Shown here: one piece after another, positions 1 through 11,054 of the stretch
Layout of the letters: each line of letters starts with the position of its first letter
How positions within the stretch are numbered: the stretch's first letter is position 1
Assembly: GCF_006345805.1 (NCBI RefSeq)
Contig: NC_043014.1
Coordinates: 744,001 to 808,000, forward strand
Origin: Octopus sinensis
Taxonomy: Eukaryota
Length of the DNA: 64,000 nucleotides
Reading direction: 5' to 3'
Position numbers and translations under genes: made by a program
Notes under the pieces: model-generated
The model's input: only the letters and a program-made list of their open reading frames with translations
What the model was told of the DNA's origin: nothing
Databases searched by the model: none

Positions 1-285
1 TGTACCCAGTGTAAGCTATGGACACATAAGAGGTGCAGCAATATCAAAGGAAGGCTAACTGGGAAGATAGTTTTTGTATGTGGCAGATGCTCAGGAGCAA
101 CAAACACTGAAAATGTGCAGAGAACAACTTCTGCCACATTCCAGGGAGAAAAACTAGAAGTAGTTGGTAGCTTCCGTTACCTAGGTGACCAAGTCAGTAG
201 CGGGGGTGGGTGCTCTGAAAGTGTAGCTGCTAGAATAAGAATAGCCTGGGCTAAGTTCAGAGAGCTCCTACCTCTGCTGGTGACA
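1..285 (+). mobile_element. RTE-clade LINE fragment (PHD-like insert and RT C-terminal part)
   Basis: CTQCKLWTHKRC...CGRC...LEVVGSFRYLGD; nearly identical to 50501-50787. Confidence 0.9.
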
Positions 286-1420
286 AGAAAAATTTCATGC
301 CTCACCTCTGCTGAAAAGCATTTCAGCTGTGACTATCCCATTTCTTCACAGATATATATATATATAGGGTTGCAGTAACCATTGTGTCTTTTCACTTGGC
401 GCCCATGGTGTTTCTCACAAATTGGCTCCCATTTCATGCATGTTAGTTGTGCACATAGAGGCTTCTTCGTCAGCTCAACTTTTATTACCGAAAGAAAAAT
501 TTGAGCTCAGTGGGATTTGAATTTAGAATGCAAAATGAATAGTCTCTGACACTATACATTCTGCTATGTACTGTACAATATTGATTTCTAATACAAACAC
601 AGGGTTTATGAAATTGTGGGAGAACAGAGCCAGTTTCATGGATATCATTACGTAATGGTAACTTAATTTTATTGATCGACAAAGGCTGAAAGGTAAACTC
701 GATCTCAGAGGAATCGGAAAATGAAGAAACTAACTCTTGTAAGATATGCAATTTGATGCACTTCTGGTCCTGTCGCCTCTCATCCAATAATAATGGGGAC
801 TTTAAATTTAGGCACGTGAATGCTATTTACTTTATCTTCTCTGATCCCCAAAGGAAGAAAGATTGCATTGATTTCGATCGGATTTGAGTTCATAATGAAG
901 AGGCTTTCTGCAGTAAATCTAGCGAATCAATGATATACCTCTCTAAAGCCGTAGACAGAGTGAGAACCATCAACATAGTGTAGAGAAGCAGTAAATAATC
1001 CTTTTTTAGTATAGGCACAAGGCCTGCAATTTGATGAAGAGCTCGTCGATTGTATTGACCCCCAATGCTCAACTGGTACTTATTTCATCGATTCCGAAAT
1101 AAAGGCAAAGTTGACCTTGGCAGCAGTTTGAGTTCAGAACATGAAGTCAAGCGAAATGCTGCTAACCATTTTGTCCAATGTGCTAAGGATTCTGCAAACC
1201 TGCCGCCTTAGCATCACTAAAAACGACCACACTATACACTCTAAATCAGCTGTTTCTTCTAGCTGGAACACACTATAAATTGGTAGTTTTTACTTAACTT
1301 CTAAAATAGTTGAAGCAGAATTTCGCTCTTCTCCTTTATCTTCCACAAAGTTTTACTGCATATGAAATTCTTTTATTACTCTTTCACCAACTTTCATCTT
1401 ATTTTTTTCTCTCCCGTGAT

Positions 1421-2303
1421 GTAAAAGGTAGACTGTATGATACATGTGTACAAACAGCCATGCTACATGGCAGTGAAACATGGGCCGTGACTGTTGAGGA
1501 CATGCGTAAGCTTGCAAGGAACAAAGCCAGTATTCTCCGATGGATGTGTAATGTCAGTGTGCATGCTCGACAGAGTGTAAGTACCTTGAGAGAAAAGTTG
1601 GACCTAAGAAGCATCAGTTGTGGTGTGCAAGAGAGACGACTGTGCTGGTATGACCATGTGGCAAGAATGGATGTGGATAGCTGTGTGAAAAAGTGCCACA
1701 CCCTAGTGGTTGAGGGAAACCTGTGGAAGAAATATACCCAGGAAGACCTGGGGTGAGGTGGTGAAGCATGACCATCAAACATTGGGCCTCACCGAGGCAA
1801 TGACTAGTGACCGGGACCTCTGGAAATATGCTGTACTTCAGAAGTGCAAGTGAGACCATAACCTTGTGGCCTATGCCAGGGGTGTAACCAGTCCACTTGT
1901 GTGTGCCTTTCCTTCATTGGACACTAAACTCTGCTTGCGAAGACCTTTTGAGGCAAGTGAAATTGAAGTCGAAATCAAATTCGGTGACTGGCATCCGTTG
2001 CTAGTGGAGCGCTAAGAGTACCATACGAGTGAGATCGTTGCCAGAGCAACAAGCTGGCCTCTGTGCCAATGGCACGTTAAGCACACGAGCGAGGTCGTTG
2101 CCAGTGCCAGTACCACCAAACTGGCCATCGTGCTGGTGGCACGTAAAAGCACCCACTACACTCTCGGAGTGGTTGGCACTAGGAAGGGCATCCAGCTGTA
2201 GAAACTCTGCCAGATCAGATTTGAGTCTGGTTCGCCAGACCTCAGTCAAATCGTCCAACCCATGCTAGCATGGAAAACGGACGTTAAATGATGATGATGA
2301 TGA
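1421..2303 (+). mobile_element. RTE-clade LINE 3' fragment with 3' UTR and (TGA)n tail
   Basis: KGRLYDTCVQTAMLHGSETW...RRLCWYDHVARM; ends catggaaaacggacgttaaatgatgatg. Confidence 0.9.
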
Positions 2304-2319
2304 TATATATATATTATAT

Positions 2320-3380
2320 CATCATTGTTTAATGTCCGTTTTCTATGCTAGCATGGGTTGGACAGTTCGACTGGGGTCTGGGAAGCCAGAAGGCTGCACC
2401 AGGCTCCAGTCTGATCTGGCAGTGTTTCTACAGCTGGAAGCCCTTCCTAACACCAACCACTCAATGAGTGTAGTGGGTGCTTTTTACGTGGCAACGACCA
2501 TGATCGGTTGGTGCTTTTTACATGCTACCAGCACAGAAGCCACTCAAGGCCACGCTGGCATCAGCCACATTCGGATGGTGCTTTTTACGTGCCACCAGTA
2601 CAGGTATCACAACTACAATTTTCATTTTAATGTTGATGTACTTGACTCAATAGGTCTCCTCAAGCACAGCAGGTCGCCCTACGATCCAAGGTACTTTTGA
2701 ATGGGCCGGGGCTGATTATGTGAAACTGGTGTACGATACAGCCATGAACTCATTTTATTTGCCAGGTCTTCGCAGTCACAGCTTATCTCCAGAGGTCTCG
2801 TTCTTTCGTCATTGCCTCTGTGAGGCCCAATGTTTGACGGTCATGCTTCACCACCTCATCCCATGTCTTCCTGGGTCTGCCTCTACTCTAGATTCCGTCG
2901 ACTGTTTGGGAGTGGCTCTTCTTCACACATCTCTCCTCATCCAACCGTAGTACAGAACCTTACCAGCACAGACGTCTCTCTTGCATGCCACATCCTATGC
3001 TTATTATGTCCAGCATTTCTCTCAGGGCACTTACACTCTGTCGTGTGTGCACACTGACATTACACCTCCAGCGGATCATTCTAGCTTCATTTCTTTCACG
3101 CCCATGCATGTCCTCTACAGTCACAGCCCATGTTTCACTGCTGTGAAGCATGGCAGTTCGCACACATGCATCGTACAACCTACCTTTCACTCTGAGCGAG
3201 AGACCCTTTGTCACCAGTAGGAGTAGAAGCTTTCTGAACTTTTCCCAGGCTATTCTTATTCTAGTGGTAACACTCTCTGAGCATCCACCCCACAACTAAT
3301 TTGGTCACCTAGGTAGCGGATGCTATCAGCTACTTCTAGTTTCTTCCCCTGGAGTCTGATGGAATCTGTTTTCTGAGCAT
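2320..3380 (-). mobile_element. RTE-clade LINE 3' fragment
   Basis: ORF 2960-3295 (RIRIAWEKFRKLL...MLHSSETW) plus the same 3' UTR, inverted relative to the preceding copy. Confidence 0.9.
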
Positions 3381-4429
3381 CTGCATGTATGGCCATCAAT
3401 CCCTTATCTTCAATCCATAATGTATCTAGGACTACACTATCGAACGAGTCTTTCCTTTCTCTAGTTTCTTTTTCTTTAAAGTAAAAGACGGTTGAGCATC
3501 ATTTGAAGGAGATTTGGTTGCTATTTTTAGCAGATCTAGCTTACTATTACTGCATTAGTAGGCACTGCACTTTGCAGTCGCTCTATTCTGCGCTATTTTT
3601 TTTCGGTCACTAGTCTTGATGGAAATGATATTCGTTATAACAATGATTTAATTGTCACAACTTACACCAAAGTTTAGGGGACATAGCATAAGTCTATTGC
3701 ATTCTTGGGTTTGACTGTCTATGAGTTGGTCAGTCGGGCCATAGACTAAGCCAACCAACTTACTGAACATTCATGGGATATCGACCTGTGTGAAAATACC
3801 CCCATCATGACCGTGTCGTTTTTGCTCTGCTGGCCATTCCATCTCGCAGCACCTCACTGTCTTTGGCCTTGGTACTAGAACTTCTCTCTTCAAACGCAAA
3901 CCTCGTTTGAACTGAACAACCTCCTCCCTCCCAGAACATCTTCCACACAACTTTTGAAAGAAATTCTTTTAACCTTAATTTTTTAATTTTTTAATTTTTT
4001 TATTTTTTAAAACAAATTATTCTTAATTTCAATTCATCTTCCATACACACAGCTTGCATCCCTCGCATGTTACACACACACTCGCATTTCCTGGCATGTA
4101 CAAAAGACCTCTTCACACTCTAATACACGTATGCACATGTGCACACCCGTCCTCCTTCACTCATATCCAGGCACACACACAAGCACACCGATGCACTAAC
4201 ACTCGTCACCTCACCTCTCACACCCACACACACACACCACACACACACTTGCATACATGCACTCCCACATGTACACTCAGCAACATGTAATCTCTCCATT
4301 AACCAACCTGTAATTCTGCTGCACCTCTTGTGGGTGTCTATAGTTTTGCACTGGGTGTAATGAATGGGATTCCTTGCAGCTCCTCTATACAAGCTTGTAT
4401 AACTCCCAAAAGCCACTTGTCTACCAACT

Positions 4430-4835
4430 TCGATGGAGACCACCAAATAACAGAGTGAGGGTCTCTATCAAAAGCCTTCTCCAGGCTGACTGAAGTGCAA
4501 TAGTCAACTTTTGGCCAAATGCTTCTGTAGCTGTTTCACTAAGGGCATCTGTGCTACTCTCCCCAGACACAAAACCAAATTACTTCTCATCTTGTTCGAT
4601 TCTATTCCTAATCAATTGGGACACAACTCTCTGACCTGCTCGAGTAGTTTGATACTTCTGGAGTTGTTTTGAACCCTTCCAGCAGCTAACTATAAAACTT
4701 CTGCTACAGTCATCCTGGCTAACCCAGCTACACAAGTGACCAGGCCGTACACTATGCCACCAAATATTTTGAGCATCTCAGTAATAATTCCTGATGGTCC
4801 TTAGACTTTCCTTGTCTTCATATCCGTAATTGCCT
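4430..4835 (-). mobile_element. Degenerate RTE reverse-transcriptase fragment
   Basis: Minus strand reads KAITDMKTRKV*GPSGIITEMLK, followed by degenerate FGFV and EKAFDR motifs. Confidence 0.6.
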
Positions 4836-5124
4836 TATATATACATGCCTATTTATATATACACACACCTACATACATACATACATACGAACACAAAAAC
4901 TATAAATCTTTGCCAAGCTGTGATTATGATAACCACACTATTCTGTCTGTGAGGGTCTATGGTACCTGTATTCTAGTCAAGTTATATAGCTTTGATTTCT
5001 TTCAAATTGCAGGCTCTGTTGTAAGTACCAAGAATCACCACTCATGTTTGTTTACATATGTTTATATACAAAGTTTGTGTATTTTGTGTTCAGGCACAAT
5101 TTAAATGGCATGTGTGTGTGTATA

Positions 5125-7750
5125 TATCAGCCATCATTTTGAATCCGGGTTTTGTCCCCGTTAACGGGGGTGGCCAGATCTACCTCAATGCCATAGCAAC
5201 TGCCCTCACACCATCTTGCCTGGTTTTGGGCATCCTCCCTTCTCAAGCCAGCCTTCCTAATCTCCATTTGTCCCCTCCACATTTTGTTCAGTTTACCTCG
5301 CTTTCGCTGTCCATTTACCTCAAATTCTAGCATCCTCTTCAGAACATGCTCCTCATCCCTCCTCAACACATGCCCATACCACCACATTCCACCAATCCCT
5401 CCAAACCCAGCATCCTCATCAAGTCCTCGGTCCTCCTCTTATCAAACAGCCTCATGCCACATATTTTTCTTACCATTGCTCTCTCGGTCCTTCTCAAAAT
5501 TGTCATCTTTCTCTCCCTCAAACACCGTGTCTCACTCCCATAAAGCATTGCACCTCTCACTCACCAGAACAAGGTCTTCTGCATACAGTATCTCCATCAT
5601 CAATCCCTCTCTTGCGCTCTCCATCACCACATCAACCACTGTTGCAAACAACAATGGTGACAACACAGATCCCTGATGCACACCAACTTTCACTGTAAAC
5701 TCCTCCGACAACTCTATTCCAATTCTCACTCTTGTCTTTACCCCTTCATACAAACTCATCACTGCCCCCACTATCACCTCCATTACACTTCTCTTCTTCA
5801 ATGCCCACTCAGTCCCCTTCTTGGAACCTATCAAATGCCTTCTCCACATCAACAACGAAGCACATGTACAACTCCTTCCCCTTATCTCAGTATTCCTCCT
5901 GCAATTTCCTTATAAGGAACCCTGCATCTATTGTCCCCCTTCCTGGCATAAAACCAAATTGCATCTCGTCCACATCCACCCCTTTCCAAATTCTCCTCTC
6001 CAACACCCTTTCCACTATCTTCATTGCCTGCTCCAATAACTTCACTCTCCCATACACCCCACAACTCTGCATCCTCCTTTCCCTTGAAGATCAGTACCAT
6101 CACACTCAGTACCCAGTCCCCTGGCATTCCTCTTCCACCCAGCACACCCTGCCAGAACTCCATCATCACAACAATCCCTATCTCTCCCCTTGCAGTTATC
6201 ATTTCCACACTTACTTTCCCGTTTTCATTTCCTTCATTGCCTCCACTACTTCTTCCCGACTAACCCTCTCCACTGGCCCCTTCACCACAACAGCTTCCAC
6301 CCTCTGATCCCATTCATAATTCCCTCCATATTCTCCTTCCAAACTCTTCCCTGTCCTTCTCGCTAAAATTCAACCTTCCATCACTCCCCCTCATGCATCT
6401 TCCTCCCTCATTTTCATTGATTTAATAAACCTAAACACCCTTTCTGGCTTCTCATCCACCCCACTCAGCCTCTCCACTCACAGATCTCGCAACCACCCTC
6501 TTTGCACGATTCTCCATCTTATTGTACCTGGCTTTCACTTGCTCCCTCCTATTATTACATAAAGCTTTGTGTGCCTCCTTCTTCCTTGCTATCGCATCCT
6601 TGTTTCAACACCACATATCACCTCAATCTCTCCTACCCTTCACCCTTCCACACACTTCGTCCCATGCCTTTAGCACCCCTTCTTTAAAAGACTTCCACAA
6701 ATCCAGTGCATCAATGCTCACCAACTCCCCAAGTCTCTCCTCAAGCCTTGCTCTTGTTTCTTCTTCCTCCAGTTTCCACACCTTCTCCTCTCAACCGTTC
6801 CCTTTCTCACACACTTTTTGACTTCCCTCTTATCCAAGTCAGCAACCACCAACCTGTGCTGCAACTCACCTGGTTTTGTCTTCACATCTCTCAGATATTT
6901 TCTGTTTTTCCTGCCAACCAACACGAAATCAATCTCTGTCTCATTCCCTCCTGCACTGAAAGTCACCTGCCTTTTCTCTGTTTTCCTAAACCACTCACAA
7001 CTCTTTCTCATCACAAAACACTAACAACATCCTTCCCTCTACATTTCTCTCCCCAATTCTGTTTCCTCCATGCATACCCTCAAAGCCCTGGATCTCCCAA
7101 CATCTCCATTAAAGTCACCCATGCCCAAAACCAATTCATCTCCCTTACCTAAGTCCCACTCATTCACCATTTCATCAAAGAACCACTCCTTCTCAGTGAT
7201 CCCTCTTCCACTTTGCGGACCCACAAATCACCCTCACCACTACTGTCATCCCTGTCACTCTTCCTCCTGACCTCCACCTCCTTCTCACAGACTTCTTCCT
7301 TCACCAAAAGTCCCACACCTCCTGTTCCCTTGCAATTTTCTGACTACCACAACTCGTACCTTCTTCCCTTGACCCCCACAAACCGTGCACCCTGGCTTTT
7401 CCACCTAATTTTCTGCACACATCCACCCTCCTCTTCCTCAATTCCCCTTCCACGCAAACTGTCCACATTCCAACTTCCCAACCTCACCCCAGGCCGTTGG
7501 CCATCATAAGGCAACCCAGAATGTAGGTTTGCAGCCTCACCCCAGCCTTTGGGCTGGCTGGTACCCATCCTCTTTTGCTATCATGAGGCTTTTTTGTAGC
7601 TGCATTTTCTATGGGGAGCATGCCCTTGTTTACTCCCAACCTCAGTTTCTAGACAAGAGTGGTCCCGAGACCAAGGCTTCTACCACGATTTTTAAGAAAT
7701 GTGGTGGAAAACTAGAAGCTCACGAAGGCAAGGATGCTACTCCCTGAGAC
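5125..7750 (-). mobile_element. Degenerate near-full-length RTE LINE (second family; APE endonuclease + RT)
   Basis: Fragmented ORFs: GSWNVDSL, MGDFNG, EIDFVLV, QHRLVV, QFGFMPGRGT, GVHQGSVLSPLLF, LYAEDL, MLYGSET, WYGHVLRR. Confidence 0.9.
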
Positions 7751-8223
7751 CCCCACGTATATATTTATATATTACATATACCCCCTCACTGCTTCTCTAT
7801 GCTACACTGCCTTTCCCACTTCTCCACCTGCACACACACACTGTCTGACCATTTCACCTGCAAGTGACACTGCTCCCTCCTTAATTTGAAAACTGCTAAG
7901 CTTATCAAATGAGAGGAGAAGGAATTTTCTATCAGAAGAAGACAGATCAAGTTGGCCATGACCGGACACAACCAGAAGAAGGGAATTTTTATCTTGAAAT
8001 ATCAGAATACTGACAGCATCATGTTTTGTTGTTTTACTCTTCACTCACATTGCCATAAGTTTTTTTTTTTTAAACTCAACATGTATGTGTGTGTATATAT
8101 ATATACACACATATATATATATATGTATACATATACATATATATATATATATATAAATGATAAATGCTTAAATAGCAACCTTTTTGCATATTTATTTTTA
8201 TACTTTTATTTTTTGCAACCTAG

Positions 8224-8448
8224 AAACTGCTGATGCTGGTGGTGGAGGTGGAGGTGAAGGTGGTGGTGAAGGTGGTGGTGGTGGTGGTGGTGCCGTCGAC
8301 ACTACTGGTGCTGCTCCTGGAGGCGGTAATGGTGGTGGTGGTGGCGGTGGTGGTGGTGGTGGTGGTGGTGGTGGTGATGGTGGCGGCGGTGGCGATGAAC
8401 CGGGTTCTCCAGATTCAGATATGCCTGCTGACCATGCTGGTGGTGTTG
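8224..8448 (+). CDS. Internal exon of an unidentified Gly-rich, putatively GPI-anchored protein (ETADAG6EG3EG7AVDTTGAAPGGGN-polyG-D...EPGSPDSDMPADHAGGV)
   Basis: Acceptor ttttattttttgcaacctag|, donor GTTG|gtaagt; 225 nt, symmetric phase 1; splices in frame to the three downstream exons. Confidence 0.75.
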
Positions 8449-10042
8449 GTAAGTACTTGGAAGTCTTTGGGTTGACTGAAGGAGTGTCGTGTGTCAGATT
8501 GGTGCCACAGATAGAAATCAAATAGTCGGCTTAATAATGGATGAGAGCTATTTTACTTGTCAGTGGAGTTTGGCAGAAGAGATGGAGAGAGAGAGATTAG
8601 AGCTGTTGAAATTGAGATGCAATAGACTTCATACTGGCATGTCAGTTGAATCTGTAATTATTAATCTGTCTCTGTAAGTTTAGGTTGGGGTGGGAAGAGT
8701 TGTGAGAAGCTGTGTTGAAAGACCATAGGATGACTGATGAGGACAAGTGTTTCTGCTGCAAATCAGAGAATCCCAGTTGGTGGGGATCGAGAGTATGATG
8801 CTTCAGGTTGTCAGATGAGGAAGACAGTGGAGAGCAAGAGAATGAAGAGGATCAGAATGGGAGGTTTCACGTAAGAAATAGGAAATGTTTCAAATAGAAA
8901 CAAGTGTGGTCATAGAATAATGTCTGGGAGAGACGCTGAGGTTGAGAAATGAAATTGGTTGAATGGAATCAGCAAAGCGGTAGGATTGATGATGGTTAGT
9001 CAAGCAGCAGATGTGGTGATCAGACTAATTGTATTAGATTGGTAGTAAGTAGGGATTGTGGCAAAGAATGGCTATATATATATATATAGCATGTCAAATG
9101 GTTGCTTGCTTCACAATCACAAGGTCACATGTTCAATCCCTCTCAGTGATATCTTGGGCCAAGCTTTTTTATTTTTACTATTGTGTTCAGTCAAACCATA
9201 TTTTAGGAGTGAAATTAGTAAGATGGAAGCTGTTTTAGATGGATTTCAAAGGTAAAGGGTGTCTTTGGAATTACCAGAAGAATCCGGCCAATTGAACAAC
9301 TGAATCCTCGAAAGAAATCCATTGAGTATAATGTCAATGACTGGTGGAGCTACAGCATGGTTCTGTGGATGGGAGGGTGAAAACAGGGACCATAGTTCTA
9401 AAGAAACAGCTGCAAGAGAAGCTTCTCAGGTCTGGACAAAGTATTTGACTGCAGTTGGATTGGTAGGGAATAAATTGAAGAGAAATGGGTCATGGGGGCA
9501 AGGGTGGGGAGGGGGGCTGGCAACAGATTTAGGGTACAAACAAGTCTCCACTAAGGATCTACTTCCAGCCCTTTTAAAATCTTGGCTAATATGGTATGTA
9601 TGTAGTAGTTGGTGGTGGTGACAGGAAGATTCCTGCCTTTATAGCATTTCTTCAGGTTTCGTTTGAACCAGAAGAGATTTTCTATTGGGAAGTGCTGCAG
9701 CTGGTCTTGATTTATCTCTTAACGAGGGAAGGTCATTTGATCAACTATTGCATGGGTGGGTGGGTGGGGTTGTAAATGTTGCAACTGCTTCACTATCAAT
9801 TAGATGCTAATCACTGCAGAAGTGAAGAGTGTCAACCCAACACAGTTTGGGCTGACTGAAACAATCTGTGGGTGTAGCTATTAGCTTGGGGTCTGTGGTC
9901 AGATGTTCCCTCTTCCTCTCTATGTAGCAGTCTGTGTGTGTGTGTGTGTAGTATCTGCGTATGTCTGTCAGTGTTTGTATGTTAACGTATTCTTAGAGAT
10001 TTGTAATGATATAAAAATAAACGCAAACTTGTCTTATTGCAG

Positions 10043-10072
10043 AGGCAACAACTCTTGGCGGAGACGATTCCA
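10043..10072 (+). CDS. 30-nt microexon of the Gly-rich/GPI-like gene (EATTLGGDDS)
   Basis: cttgtcttattgcag|AGGCAACAACTCTTGGCGGAGACGATTCCA|gtaagt; symmetric phase 1; composition matches the neighbouring exons. Confidence 0.65.
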
Positions 10073-11054
10073 GTAAGTTGTCTTTTTGTCTAAAATATTT
10101 CGAGAGAGAGAGAGAGAGAGAGAGAGTAATGTATGGGAGTGTGTGGTGTGCCAACAGATTCAATAAGAATCTAGCAATTGTCAGTGACATCAGGTCCCGT
10201 AAATACACAGAGCAATATTTCTTGAAGCATAAGGATCAACAAATACCTATTTATGACTATAACTTTTATCAGTGAATATTATGAGGTCCCTTTATTCAAC
10301 ACATCCAGTGTTGGTGCCTCAAGAAAACAAAACCAGTAGACTCTGTAAAAATGGATGGTAATAAGGGTATCCAAGCCAAATAGCATCAGCTGATTGGGAG
10401 CAGTTACTCATCCAACCCATGCCAGCATGGAAAGCATCCATAAAATTTATAGATTTGTGAAAACAAGGTGTGAAATATGTCAACTGATGGAAAATTTTCT
10501 TTGCTGCTCAACTGGTACAACTCTCAAGAACTGTAGTTTCTTGTCCATAAATCTATTCTGATTTATTCAAAATTACATTTTTATGCAGTTATAAATTATT
10601 TTTTTACTGAGGCTTGTGCTGGCATTAGGAAGGGCATCCAGCCATAGAAACCCTGCCAAATTAGAGTGGAATCTGGTGCAGCCACTACCACCCACCAGCC
10701 CTGGTCAAACTGACCAACCCACATGGACAATGGATGTTAAATGAGGACGATGGTGATGACATAGCCAAATATATATATACAGATAAAATATGTGTGACCC
10801 CACATTACTACAGGTTCAGTCCTCCAGTTTGGCACTTTGGACAAGTGCCCCTAACTATATTCCCAGGCTGACCAAAGTGCATTTGGTAAATAGACACTAA
10901 ATGAAGCCCATTTTATATATATATATATATACATATATATACACACACATATACATATATATATACATACATATATACATACATATATATATATATATAT
11001 ATACATACATAAATATATATATACACACATATATATATATATGTATTATTTATT

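Noticed and set aside
420-490. Minus-strand CTGACGA...GAAA hammerhead candidate (similar case near 43950-44020)
   Set aside because: No stem II closing on the core and no stem III/NUH with stem I pairing.
8198-8521. Minus-strand poly-proline (formin/WASP-like) ORF and plus-strand poly-valine ORF
   Set aside because: Strong splice sites and phase continuity with three downstream exons support the plus-strand poly-Gly frame; no supporting minus-strand exon structure was found.
8520-9900. Possible degenerate Penelope-like ORF on the minus strand
   Set aside because: Only compositional resemblance; no RT or GIY-YIG motif could be read.
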